Shown here piece by piece: positions 1 through 10,412 of a stretch of 44,109 nucleotides of DNA. A program made the translations under genes and the position numbers. Below the pieces are notes generated by a model. The model was given only the letters and a program-made list of their open reading frames with translations. It was not told where the DNA came from and did not search any database. How positions within the stretch are numbered: the first letter of the stretch is position 1; every line of letters starts with the position of its first letter. This DNA comes from Octopus bimaculoides (taxonomy: Eukaryota), in NCBI RefSeq assembly GCF_001194135.2, contig NC_068994.1:32855454-32899562 (forward strand), read 5' to 3'.

Positions 1-80
1 AACGACAACTTCAAGAATAACAATATATATATAACCAACAATATTACACCATTCCTTATCGACCAAAACCAATGATGATG

Positions 81-89
81 ATAATAATG

Positions 90-142
<53 letters not shown>

Positions 143-146
143 GATG
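81..146. repeat. (TAA)n microsatellite
   Basis: Direct reading of the ATA/TAA run. Confidence 0.95.
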
Positions 147-604
147 ATGATGATTTAAAAATTAATAATAAATAAATTTTAAATTAATTTAAAATAAAAT
201 AACTTTCAAGAGAAATATATGAAAATGAATAAATACATGCACACATAAGTATGTATACAAGATAATATATGTATGTGTGTATATATATATATGAATATAT
301 GAACGAGTGTGTGTATGTATGTATATACATAATTATATGATTTCATGTGTGTTTACTTTGACAGTTATATGACTAATATGGAAAGAGAGGTGGGTATCTT
401 CGATTAAATTCTAGTCCTTTTATTTACTTATTTGTTAAAGCCTGTAGGGTGTTGAAAGTTTGGTGCCCTACTGTCTTGGCTTTCTACATCTTAAGATACT
501 GATCTGTAATTTATACATTTATTTATTTTTGTTTGTTGTGTTGTTCTAAGTCGAAAGGTTTCGATATTGTTATTGATGGCATCGCAGACACTTGCTGAAA
601 TGGT

Positions 605-750
605 ATAGTAACCACCAAGAGAGCTCTCCAGAAGAAACTGGCATCCTTACCACATGACCTTGGGTTTAGACTCACTGTGTGACACTTTGGGCAAGAGTCT
701 TCTAATAAAGTTCTGGGCTGACCAAAGCCTTGTGGGTCAATTTGTAGGTC
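605..750 (+). mobile_element. Degenerate family-A SINE 5' half
   Basis: ccacatgaccttgggtttagactcactgtgtgacactttgggcaagagtcttc...gaccaaagccttgtg matches the family-A head seen at 3868-4264 and 36028. Confidence 0.55.
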
Positions 751-1385
751 ATCATCATCATCTTTTAAAATCCGTTTTTCATGCTGGCATGGGCTGGATT
801 GTTGACCAGAGCTGGTGAGTCAGAAAGCTGCACTAGGTTCCAGTCTGATTTGGCTTGGTTTCTACAGCTGGATACCCTTCCTAATGCCAAGCACTTTACA
901 GGGTATGGTGGGTGCCACTGGCACAAGAACTTTTTATATGGAACTGGCACAAGTGCTCTTATGTGGCACTGGCACAGGACTCTTCCAGGCCAATCCTCAT
1001 CATCAGGCAGAACAGCCTTAACATGTCTGCTGTGGAAGACAAGTCTTCCTGAGTACAGCAAGAAGCAAGATATCTCGATCCTTTGTCATCTCCAAATGGT
1101 TCAGTGTCCTGTGGTCATCTTTCAGCACTTCATCCCATGTCTTTCTGGTCTCCTTCTTCCATGAATTTCATCCACTTTGAGTGAATGGAACTTCTTTGTG
1201 AAGTTGTTGATATCCATCTGCATCACATGACCAAACCAGCAGAGTCTTCTCTCTTGCACACTACACCTAATTTCTCTTATACCTAACTTCTCTCTTAATA
1301 CACTAGCACTCAGTTGAACAAGTACACTTACATTGCACGTCCAGCAGAGCATAGCCGCATTTCTCTCTAACATTTCTTCACTAAC
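750..1385 (-). mobile_element. RTE-clade LINE, 3' fragment (RT C-terminus, 3' UTR, (GAT)n tail)
   Basis: ORF 1122-1373 reads ...QERRLCWFGHVMQM...GRRRP, the RRLRWFGHV.RM...GRP motif typical of RTE ORF C-termini. It is followed on the minus strand by a UTR ending ccatgccagcatg...gatgatgat. Confidence 0.85.
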
Positions 1386-1433
<48 letters not shown>

Positions 1434-1645
1434 CTGTCCATTTTAGTTTTATGTATACACATTAGCAACTTGCTAAATCATCTATAGATTTCTATGATGC
1501 AAACATATAAGCAGACAGAGAATTAAGTCCAAAATCTGCTGAAGTAGAGTGAGTCCTTACTGATGAGACAAAGGAAATTGCTGAAACTGAATTCAGTGTG
1601 AGGAATTCTCGAATGGTGTTTTTGGATTCTTATAGTCCCTGTCTG

Positions 1646-1806
1646 TGTATATGCATACAATTATGAGCTTTGACTACAGCATTAGAGTATTTTAGCTCTT
1701 ATTTCTAGCAATGTAGGTGCTTATGACACCCTAGTTGCATTTAGTGACAATTATAGTTTTCTTTTAGGTAAAACATTGTAAACTGCTGTCTATTTTAATT
1801 TTATAC
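1646..1806 (+). repeat. Low-copy segment A, copy 1 (paralog at 42421-42590)
   Basis: atacaattatg.gcttt.actaca.cattagag..tttagctcttatttctag.aatgtaggtg is shared with 42421-42590. Confidence 0.85.
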
Positions 1807-1934
1807 ACAGACAGAAAACAGGTAGGTAGGCAGATAGATAGATAGATAGATTGATAAATTTGATTGATTTATACCATTGTAGGTTTGAAGGAGAGTATGC
1901 TTGTGATTGTGTGATGTTCATGTTTTCCTCCAAG

Positions 1935-1997
1935 TGATCTCAGTGATTTTGAAATAACAACATATATTTAGCAAACACAGACACGTTCATTTCTCAG
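1935..1997 (+). other. Exon-like segment (non-coding or pseudogenic)
   Basis: Acceptor tgttttcctccaag and consensus donor CAG|gtaagt; 63 nt, with stops in all three frames. Confidence 0.3.
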
Positions 1998-2315
1998 GTA
2001 AGTAAATCACTGCTTCACTGCAACGTTTCTGTTATGTATTGATTTTTAGGTTACACAGAGATACATATTGATATTAACATGCTTATTGATTTTAGTGCTT
2101 TATACTTATTTGGAGGTACTTATTGATTTTGGTGGGTACATATTGGTCGCGACTGTTAGATTTTGTTGAGTACATACAAGAAGATGGTACTCTATCATTA
2201 TTTTGTCATGATGCTAAAATAAATTAACAAAAGAGTACAGCAGTATCTATAGCATCTGCAAGTCCTTGTGCCAGCCTGAAGAAATGTGTTTTGGGGCTGT
2301 TCACTTTGAACTTCT

Positions 2316-2574
2316 GTTGGTCCTCATCTTAGACACAAATTTAATGTGGTGTGGTTGATGTCCATTTTGAACCCCTATATGTCAATGTATACAGAAGGCA
2401 AAATCTGGAGGTGAGCAGGCGGAATTGCTGAAATTTCAATTCAAGGAAGAAAGACAAGGCAAAATGTTTTACGACTTTGATGGTGAAATACAAAAGGGGT
2501 GACAAGAGAGGGAGAGATGAATAAGTTTAAGGAAATATAAAGAGAGGTAGTAAAGTAAGTTGGTTAATTCAGAA
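2316..2574 (+). repeat. Low-copy segment B, copy 1 (paralog at 8802-9062)
   Basis: About 260-nt direct repeat, offset 6486, starting gttggtcctcatcttagacacaaatttaatgtggtgtgg. Confidence 0.95.
2333..2410 (+). CDS. Candidate 78-nt phase 2-2 exon (HKFNVVWLMSILNPYMSMYTEGKIW), product unknown
   Basis: Acceptor ggtcctcatcttag, donor GAG|gtgagc, one open frame; the paralog at 8819-8896 keeps the frame and both splice sites. Confidence 0.3.
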
Positions 2575-2907
2575 CAGAAGGCAGTTTTAGCAATGGTAAA
2601 ATATATATATATATANNNNNNNNNNNNNNNNNNNNNNNNNNNNNNNNNNNNNNNNNNNNNNNNNNNNNNNNNNNNNNNNNNNNNNNNNNNNNNNNNNNNN
2701 NNNNNNNNNNNNNNNNNNNNNNNNNNNNNNNNNNNNNNNNNNNNNNNNNNNNNNNNNNNNNNNNNNNNNNNNNNNNNNNNNNNNNNNNNNNNNNNNNNNN
2801 NNNNNNNNNNNNNNNNNNNNNNNNNNNNNNNNNNNNNNNNNNNNNNNNNNNNNNNNNNNNNNNNNNNNNNNNNNNNNNAGAAGAAGAAGAAGAAACATAA
2901 ACAAAAT

Positions 2908-3125
2908 CTTTTCCTAATTTAGGCACAAGGTAAGCAGTTTAGGTTCATGGGTTGCACTGAACCTAGTAGTTTACTGGTACTTCATTTTATCAACCTTGGA
3001 GAGAAGAAAAGCAAAGGTGACTGTGGTAGGATTTGAACTCAGAATGTAAAGAGCAAGAAGAAAATACTCATAAACATTTTTCCCCCCCCCCCCGATACCC
3101 TAATGATTTTACCAGTCTGGCCCAC
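2908..3125 (-). mobile_element. Family-D SINE
   Basis: ggcacaagg...ctggtacttcattttatcaacc...aggatttgaactcagaatg is the reverse complement of the family-D body (36805, 38722). Confidence 0.75.
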
Positions 3126-3528
3126 TACATTTTGCATAAGATGTTTTCAATTCAAATAGCATTGAATTAATCACTTGGCTCTCAGAAGTCATTAATGGCA
3201 TTCCCTCAGTTGCAACGATGATAGGACTGACCCCAAAACCACATGGCTGCAAAGCAAGCTTCTTAACCACACAGCCATGCTTATGCCTGCAAGGATTCAT
3301 CTTTTAAATCAACTATACACCCCCCCTCCCCTCACACTTTCTCTTTTTCCTTTGTATTTCTGGAGCAATCTTTGCAAAATGATGTAAAAAATCAATACTG
3401 TTAGATTATTTTATTCATTAATCTTAATGTTTTCATTTCTAGCCATTGTTGTTGTTGTTGTTGTTGTGATTGCAGCAGTTTATGTTATTGTTGGTGCCGA
3501 CATCATTGTCGTTGGTGGTCTTGTTGTT

Positions 3529-3843
3529 GTGAAAGTGCATGGCATAGTAGTAAGGATTTTTGGCTCACAATTGTAAAACCATGAATTTGAAACCTGGTAG
3601 CACATCGCATCCGTGAACATGACACTTTATTTTGAGTTGCTCTAGTCCAAAAGTGAGTAGTACCCATATTTCAAAGGGCCAGCCTTGTTACATTCTCTAT
3701 CATGATGAATCTCCCTGAGAACTACATTAAGTGTACACCTGTCTATGGAGTGCTCAGCCACTTGCACATTAATTTCACGAGCAGGATGTTTCATTGATGA
3801 GAACAACTGGAACACTTATTGTCGTAACCAAATGGGACGCCAG
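3529..3843 (+). mobile_element. Older tRNA-derived SINE with E-type middle and family-B 3' body
   Basis: From tatttcaaagggccagccttg to gtcgtaacc it aligns with the 3' half of 10023-10406; the middle differs. Confidence 0.75.
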
Positions 3844-3867
3844 AGCTGATGTTGTCGTTACTGTATT

Positions 3868-4264
3868 ACTCTTTTACTTGTTTCAGTCATTTGACTGTGG
3901 CCATGCTGGAGCATCACATTTAGTCAAGCAAATCGACCCCCAGGACTTATTCTTTGTAAGCCTAGTACTTATTTTACTGGTCGCTTTTGCCGAACCGCTA
4001 AGTTACGGGGACATAAATGCACCAGCATCGGTTGTCAAACAATGTTGGGGGGACAAACACAGACACCCAAACACGTCTGTGTATATATATATATATATAT
4101 ATGCCGTACTTCTTTCAGTTTCCGTCTACCATATCCACTCACAAGGCTTTGGTCGCCCCAAGGCTATAGTAGGAGACACTTGCTCAAAGTGCCACGCAGT
4201 GGGACTGAAACCGGAACCATGTGGTTGGTAAGCAAGCTACTTATCACACAGCCACTCCTGCACC
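3868..4264 (-). mobile_element. Family-A SINE, near full length
   Basis: Minus strand: ggtgcaggagtggctgtgtgataagtagcttgcttaccaaccacatggttccggtttcagtcccactgcgtggcac (tRNA-like A/B boxes), central (TA)n, tail ...gactgaaacaagtaaaag. Confidence 0.9.
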
Positions 4265-4276
4265 GTTGCTTGTGAT

Positions 4277-4505
4277 GTGGAAGAGCATAGCTGAGTGGTT
4301 ATTGTGTGGATTCCTGATTGTAAGATTGTGGTTTCAATTCCTGAGAAAGACAAAACCAGATGATGCGCTTTGGTCTTGAGCAAAACACTTCATTTCAAAA
4401 TTGCTCCAGCCTACTCACCTGGCAAAAATGAGTAATCCTGTAACAGACTCGCATCCCATCCAGTGGGGAAAAATATATAGCCCTATGAATTTATAGGACT
4501 CTGGA
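4277..4505 (+). mobile_element. Family-E SINE
   Basis: tRNA-like head (gctgagtggtt...ggtttcaattcc), then cttgagcaaaacacttcatttc...ttgctccag as at 17722, 18980 and 21643. Confidence 0.7.
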
Positions 4506-4519
4506 AGGATCATTATCCC

Positions 4520-4740
4520 TTTCTTTTGTTGTTGTTTGTTGTGGTGTCGGTGGTAGTTTTGTTGTTGTTGCTGTTGTAGTTGTTGCCATAGTTACTGTTA
4601 TAGCTGTTGTAACAGTACTTATTTTTGTTATAGTACTTGTAGTTGTTATTGATACTGCAGTAGTAGTAGTGGTAGTAGTGGTGGTGGTGGTGGTGGCAGC
4701 AGCGGTTCTTATTATTATAGTTTTCAATGTTTTGATTGGT
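4520..4740. repeat. GTT/GTA/GTG triplet mosaic
   Basis: Degenerate trinucleotide array; the source of the poly-Thr/His ORFs. Confidence 0.9.
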
Positions 4741-5265
4741 TTTTGGTAACAAAACAATTTAGCTGTGCACTTACAATGATAAAGTCAAACTAAATAGTTT
4801 TTGGTATCACTATCTCCACATCTTAATGACTTTCTATATTTGTAACAAAGTGCTAAAAAAACAGAAACACATAAGCGCAACTTCGATGACATTAAATCTC
4901 TCCACACCCGACCATCACCCTTTAAATTTTTGGTTTCTTCTGTTTTAAGAGATGGATTAGTTTTCTCTGGTTAAATTGTGAAAGCAAGAGAATGGAAATT
5001 TATCAACCATATCTAATGAATTTGTTAAATAAAACACGAAGAAGAGGAAATAGGCAGAGAAAAGAAGAAGAAAAAATTTAAATTGTTCCAAATTATATGA
5101 AATAATAGTGACGACAATAGTGATGGGAACAACAACAATAATAATGATGATGATTAAATTGTGGATAATGATGAGACAGTGAAGAAGAAGAAGAAGGAGG
5201 AGGAGGAGATAGTGAAGAGGCAGAAGAAATAAGAGGAGAATGACCCTATAGTAATAATAACGGAT

Positions 5266-5485
5266 TTATTTCCAATTTAGGCACAAGGCCAGTGGTATTT
5301 AATGGGGAGGCATGTTAGGTGATTGCATTGAGTGGTAGTAGACTTGACTGCTATTTATTTAATCAATTCTGAAGAGGCAAAAAAATGCAATGATAATTTC
5401 AGCAGGATTTGAACTTAGAATGTAAATAGCAGGAACAAATATGGATGAAAATTTGTTCCCCACACCCTAACAATTCTGCCATCCC
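5266..5485 (-). mobile_element. Family-D SINE (diverged)
   Basis: ggcacaaggccagt...tttcagcaggatttgaacttagaatgtaaa...ttctgcca. Confidence 0.7.
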
Positions 5486-5530
5486 AGTCCACATCTTACA
5501 CAAGTAATTTTTTTTTTTTTTGTTTAATAG

Positions 5531-5626
5531 CACAATCTCCACAGTTGAATGAGACACTCAAATACAGCTGTTTGGAAGCTGACGCTATGGTACAACTGTC
5601 TGGATATTCAACCTGTTTTGGCATCA
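5531..5626 (+). CDS. Candidate 96-nt phase 1-1 exon (QSPQLNETLKYSCLEADAMVQLSGYSTCFGI), product unknown
   Basis: Long T-tract acceptor (ttttt...tgtttaatag), donor TCA|gtacgt, open frame, unique balanced-composition sequence, two Cys and an NET sequon. Confidence 0.4.
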
Positions 5627-5697
5627 GTACGTATTGACTCTGGGGACAAACATAGATGTGCATGCAGAAATGTATACATACAACATAAAAATATACA

Positions 5698-5733
<36 letters not shown>

Positions 5734-5800
5734 AAACAAGATAATATATGTATCTGTGTGTGTATATATTTATTTATTTATATATATATAATACATATAG

Positions 5801-5952
5801 TAATAATAATAATAATAATATTCCTTGGATGGAATTTATAAATATTTTAATGTATCGCTATATGTTTCCACTGATCACGTTTCTTAAGATCATAGTTGCA
5901 TGTGGAAACTCACGTAGCAATGCATTAAAATATTTATAATTTCCATCCAAGG

Positions 5953-5984
<32 letters not shown>
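5801..5984. repeat. Foldback inverted repeat (hairpin)
   Basis: Arms 5822-5871 and 5902-5953; the outer 31 nt match at 30/31 as reverse complements, and (TAA)n left / (TTA)n right extend the stem. Confidence 0.95.
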
Positions 5985-5985
<1 letters not shown>

Positions 5986-6130
5986 ATTATCCTGCATTAT
6001 ATTGGCACAGCTCGGTGTGACTCCAAAAAACTGGCATTGCCAATTGGCATCATTAGGCTGTAACTGGCATAATGGAATAGCAGCTTTTATATATGCATAT
6101 TCAAAACATTCCCCCGTAAACAAACTTAAA

Positions 6131-6132
<2 letters not shown>
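5985..6132 (+). repeat. Low-copy segment C, distal part (paralog near 20700-20870)
   Basis: attaggctgtaactggcataatggaatagcagctttt...tcaaaacattcccccgtaaacaaacttaaa vs attagactgtagctgacataatggaataggagcttt...tcaaacatttcccgtgaacaaatcttaaa. Confidence 0.85.
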
Positions 6133-6167
<35 letters not shown>

Positions 6168-6834
6168 NNNNNNNNNNNNNNNNNNNNNNNNNNNNNNNNN
6201 NNNNNNNNNNNNNNNNNNNNNNNNNNNNNNNNNNNNNNNNNNNNNNNNNNNNNNNNNNNNNNNNNNNNNNNNNNNNNNNNNNNNNNNNNNNNNNNNNNNN
6301 NNNNNNNNNNNNNNNNNNNNNNNNNNNNNNNNNNNNNNNNNNNNNNNNNNNNNNNNNNNNNNNNNNNNNNNNNNNNNNNNNNNNNNNNNNNNNNNNNNNN
6401 NNNNNNNNNNNNNNNNNNNNNNNNNNNNNNNNNNNNNNNNNNNNNNNNNNNNNNNNNNNNNNNNNNNNNNNNNNNNNNNNNNNNNNNNNNNNNNNNNNNN
6501 NNNNNNNNNNNNNNNNNNNNNNNNNNNNNNNNNNNNNNNNNNNNNNNNNNNNNNNNNNNNNNNNNNNNNNNNNNNNNNNNNNNNNNNNNNNNNNNNNNNN
6601 NNNNNNNNNNNNNNNNNNNNNNNNNNNNNNNNNNNNNNNNNNNNNNNNNNNNNNNNNNNNNNNNNNNNNNNNNNNNNNNNNNNNNNNNNNNNNNNNNNNN
6701 NNNNNNNNNNNNNNNNNNNNNNNNNNNNNNNNNNNNNNNNNNNNNNNNNNNNNNNNNNNNNNNNNNNNNNNNNNNNNNNNNNNNNNNNNNNNNNNNNNNN
6801 NNNNNNNNNNNNNNNNNNNNNNNNNNNNNNNNNN

Positions 6835-6990
6835 CTTAGCAGTCCCAGTAACTTAGCGGTTCGGCAAAATAGACCGATAGAATAAGTACTAGGCTTCCAA
6901 AGAATAAGTCCTGGGGGTGACTTGCTAGACTAAAGGCAGTGCTCCAGCATGGCCACAGTCAAATGACTGAAACAAGTAAAAGAATAAAAA
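6835..6990 (+). mobile_element. Family-A SINE 3' half emerging from a gap
   Basis: gtaacttagcggttcggcaaa...gtgctccagcatggccacagtcaaatgactgaaacaagtaaaaga. Confidence 0.9.
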
Positions 6991-8029
6991 AAATATATAT
7001 ATGCATGTATGAAAGCAAGAGAGGAAGGGCATGGAGGGAGGGCATGTGACTGGAAGAACATCTAAGTGAAGAAAATCTGTTTCAGTAAACTTCATCTGGC
7101 ATATGCAAGCATGGAAAAAGTAGACATTAAATGACGATGATTTGGGATAGAGATTTAGTTGCTATTTCTAGCAAGTTATATGGTCATCTAGAACCTCCAT
7201 GTATTTGTCTTATATATATGTAAATACAGATTATAAAATTGTAAATAAATTCATAATCTTTAACTGCTCCAACATTTATTTATTCATTTATTTAAAAATA
7301 TTAATTTTATAATTTTGTCCAACCAATGCCAGCATGGAAAATGGAAGTATGATGACGATAATGATAATGATAATTTTATGAAAAACATTAAAAAAAATTC
7401 TAAAATCATTTTTTTACAATTTTTTTTTTAGTCATTGTTTGTCATTCTTCTCTATGTGTCAGTGACTCATGTGAAAAACAAAAAAAAAAGTTCACACTGA
7501 CTTTGGATACGATCAGCATCAGCCATGAAATATTGTCTGCTTTTCTTCATGATTAGTGGCTATTGTTCAGAGTTGGATTTCTTTTCCTTATTAATCAAAC
7601 CCAATATAACAATTAAATCACATTAAATTTATTGTTAATTAACCTCAGATTTTGAATAATGAATACATGTTTACAATTTTAAACAAAGCAAAACGTGCTA
7701 ACATAATATAAAAGACTGCTCATACAAGAGAGATTATAAATGTGAAAACCCAACAGGGGTTGAATTCACGTCTCCTCATTCATGTCTTCTTGCAATTATT
7801 ATAATACAGTATAATCATCGTCCACCACAGATCACAGCCTCCACAGTTAAATCTCTATATAAGAGCATTCATAATCATTTTGAATTCAACCTCATGTATA
7901 GCATGTGTTTCACCTGCGTTGGCTGCTTTCGTTTCAAATTAATTAGATCATGAAATGTTTCTCTTGTAATAATTGTTTCAAACATAGGTGAAAGCAAGTG
8001 GATTAGGGGTTAGGGTGTTGCACTTATCT

Positions 8030-8445
8030 ATTATCTTTTACATGTTTCAGTAATTAGACTGTGGCCATGCTGGGGCACTGCCTTTGAGAATTTTTAAACG
8101 AATGAATCAACTTCCAATACTCAGTTTTTTTTTAAAGCTTGGTACTTATCCACTCAGTCTCTTTTGTCCTTTATTCTATCAGTCTCTTTTACCCAACTGC
8201 TAAGTTACAGAGGTAAATACATCAACACAGTTGTCAAGCAGTGATGAAATACAAACACAGACACATATACATAAATATCACAAACACACACACACATGAA
8301 TATATATATATGCTGGGCTTCTTTAAGTTTCCGTCTATCAAATCCACTCACAAGGCTTTGGTGGGCTCAAGGCTATAGTAGAAATCATTTGCCCAACCTG
8401 GAACTACATGGTTGGGAAGCAAACTTCTCACCACACAGTCACACA
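8030..8445 (-). mobile_element. Family-A SINE
   Basis: Tail gactgtggccatgctgggg, central CA/TA, head aaacttctcaccacacagtc. Confidence 0.85.
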
Positions 8446-8665
8446 AGAATGTGGTTTCAGTTCCTGAACCAGGTGGTACATTGTGTTCTTCAGGAAAACA
8501 TCAGTTAAACCAGCCCTTTTACTTGAAGGATGAAGGACAAAGTCAAAATTAACTTCAGAGGGATTTGAATTCTGAACATAAAAAGACAGAACAAATACCA
8601 CAAGGATTTTGTTTAAAAAAATCTGAAAGAAGCAAAGAATGAAATGATAAAATAAATGAATAAAA

Positions 8666-8801
8666 ATGTGCAGGGATGGCTGTGTGGTAAGAAATTTGCT
8701 TCCTAACCACATGTTTCTAGGTTCAGTCACACTGCCTGGCACCTTGGGCAAGTGTCTTCTATTATATCCTCAAGCCAACAGAAGCTTAGTTAGTGGATTT
8801 A
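8666..8801 (+). mobile_element. Family-A SINE 5' half, fused directly to segment B copy 2
   Basis: ggatggctgtgtggtaagaaatttgcttcctaaccacatg...ggcaccttgggcaagtgtcttc, ending at agtggattt. Confidence 0.85.
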
Positions 8802-9062
8802 GTTGGTCCTCATCTTAGACACAAATTTAATGTGGTGTGGTTGATGTCCATTTTGAACCCTTATATATCAATGTATACAGAAGACAAAATCTGGAGGTGA
8901 GCAGGTGGATTTGTTGAAAGTTTCAATTCTAGGAAGAAAGACACGGAAAACTGTTTTGCGACCTTGATGGTGAAATACAAAAGAGGTGAGAAGAGAGAGA
9001 GAAAGATGAATAAGTTTAATGAATATAAAGAGAGATAGTAAAGTAATTTGCTTAATTCAGAA
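8802..9062 (+). repeat. Low-copy segment B, copy 2 (contains exon-like 8819-8896)
   Basis: Direct paralog of 2316-2574; the exon-like part reads HKFNVVWLMSILNPYISMYTEDKIW. Confidence 0.95.
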
Positions 9063-9075
9063 GAATAGGAGACCA

Positions 9076-9087
9076 TATATGTGTGTA

Positions 9088-9144
<57 letters not shown>

Positions 9145-9360
9145 CTTTGTGTGTCTGTTTGTCCCCCCACAACCTCCTGACAAGCGATAATGTGTTTCCA
9201 TCCTCCTAACTTAACACTTCAGCAATAGAGACCGATAGAATAAGTACCAGGCTTAAAAACAGAAAAAATAAGTACAGAGGATTCATTATTCAACTAAAAA
9301 TTCTTCAAAGTAGTGCTGCAACATGGCCACAGTCTAATGACTGAAAAAAGAAAAAGATAA
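9076..9360 (+). mobile_element. (TG)n plus family-A SINE 3' half
   Basis: gtgtctgtttgtcccccac...gaccgatagaataagtaccaggctt...catggccacagtctaatgactgaaa. Confidence 0.8.
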
Positions 9361-10022
9361 AAGATAATAAAAGCAAAAACAAAATTGATAAAAAAAAAAT
9401 CTGATGAATGAAAGAAAATAATTGGAAAACAAAAAAAAATAAGTAAATATAAAAAAAATGAATGAATGAAAATTTAATGAACGAATGAAAACTGATAAAG
9501 GAATGAAATGGAAAAAAAAGAAACTAACAAAAAGAAAATGGATAAAACGAAGAATAGAATTTGATGACTGAAAGAAAATAAAAGAAAATTAGGAATAATG
9601 AAAAGCGAATGAAAAAGCGTGATGAAAAATGATGAAAGGAAGATTAGAAAATATAAAGATTTGCCTCTCACAAAAAATAAAGAAAAAAGTTTGAAGGATC
9701 AGTAAAAATATATGGCAGCAGAGTAAAGCCATTAGCATATTTGGGTGGAATCCAGGAGTGCAAGGGTTCAAATACTGAAAACAGCAGCTTTGGCTGACGT
9801 TCAAGAATCAATATTGCAAAGAAGAACACATTAACAAATTATTTACATGAGGAATAATTGTTGCTAGTATCGTTGTTGCTATATGTATGTAATGGTTGTT
9901 GTTATGGCAGTGATTATTATTGTTGTTGTAGGTGTGTGTATAGTATTTGTTATATGACTAGTAGTGTTGTTATTATATTGGTAGTTGTTGTTGTTGTTTT
10001 TATAATTGTTGCTATGGTGTCG

Positions 10023-10406
10023 GTGGAGGCACAATGGCCCAGTGGTTAGGGCAGCGGACTCGCGGTCATAGGATCGCGGTTTCGATTCCCAGACCGGGTG
10101 TTGTGAGTGTTTATTGAGCAAAAACACCTAAAAAGCTCCATGAGGCTCCGGCAGGGGATAGTGGCGAACCCTGCTGTACTCTTTCACCACAACTTTCTCT
10201 CATTCTTACTTCCTGTTTCTGTTGTACCTCTATTTCAAAGGGTCAGCCTTGTCACACTGTGTCACGCTGAATATCCCCGAGAACTATGTTAAGGGTACAC
10301 GTGTCTGTGGAGTGCTCAACCACTTGCAGGTTAATTTCATGAGCAGGCTGTTCTGCTGATCAGATCAATTGGAACCCTCGACGTCGTAAGCGACGAAGTG
10401 CCAACA
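10023..10406 (+). mobile_element. Family-B tRNA(Arg)-like SINE, full length, 12-bp TSD
   Basis: Head tggcccagtggttagggcagcggactcgcggtcataggatcgcggtttcgattccc resembles tRNA-Arg; TSD GCTATGGTGTCG at 10011-10022 and 10407-10418; about 90% identical to 37763-38145. Confidence 0.93.
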
Positions 10407-10412
10407 GCTATG

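Noticed and set aside
2333-2410. The alternative phase-1 frame reads TNLMWCG*CPF*TPICQC with two TGA codons, evoking a thioredoxin-like WCGxC selenoprotein.
   Set aside because: All three substitutions between the two copies are non-synonymous in this frame, CxUC is not a Sec motif I know, no SECIS was recognised, and another frame is fully open.
5890-6123. Cys-rich minus-strand ORF (GECFEYAYIKAAIPLCQLQPNDANWQCQFFGVTPSC).
   Set aside because: The paralog at 20700-20870 is frameshifted relative to it, it runs into a microsatellite, and no convincing donor is present.
7525-7570. Signal-peptide-like MKYCLLFFMISGYCS.
   Set aside because: No GT donor follows (TCAG|agttgg) and the frame stops soon after; hydrophobic runs arise easily in T-rich DNA.
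8002-8016. TTAGGG-like telomeric motifs.
   Set aside because: Only about two imperfect units; expected by chance.
8861-9172. Membrane-protein-like minus-strand ORF in segment B copy 2.
   Set aside because: Broken by several indels in copy 1, and it starts inside a (CA)n tract.
9700-9772. Minus-strand acceptor gctgctgttttcag followed by protein-like frames.
   Set aside because: No donor, two equally plausible frames, and it runs into a T-rich low-complexity tract.
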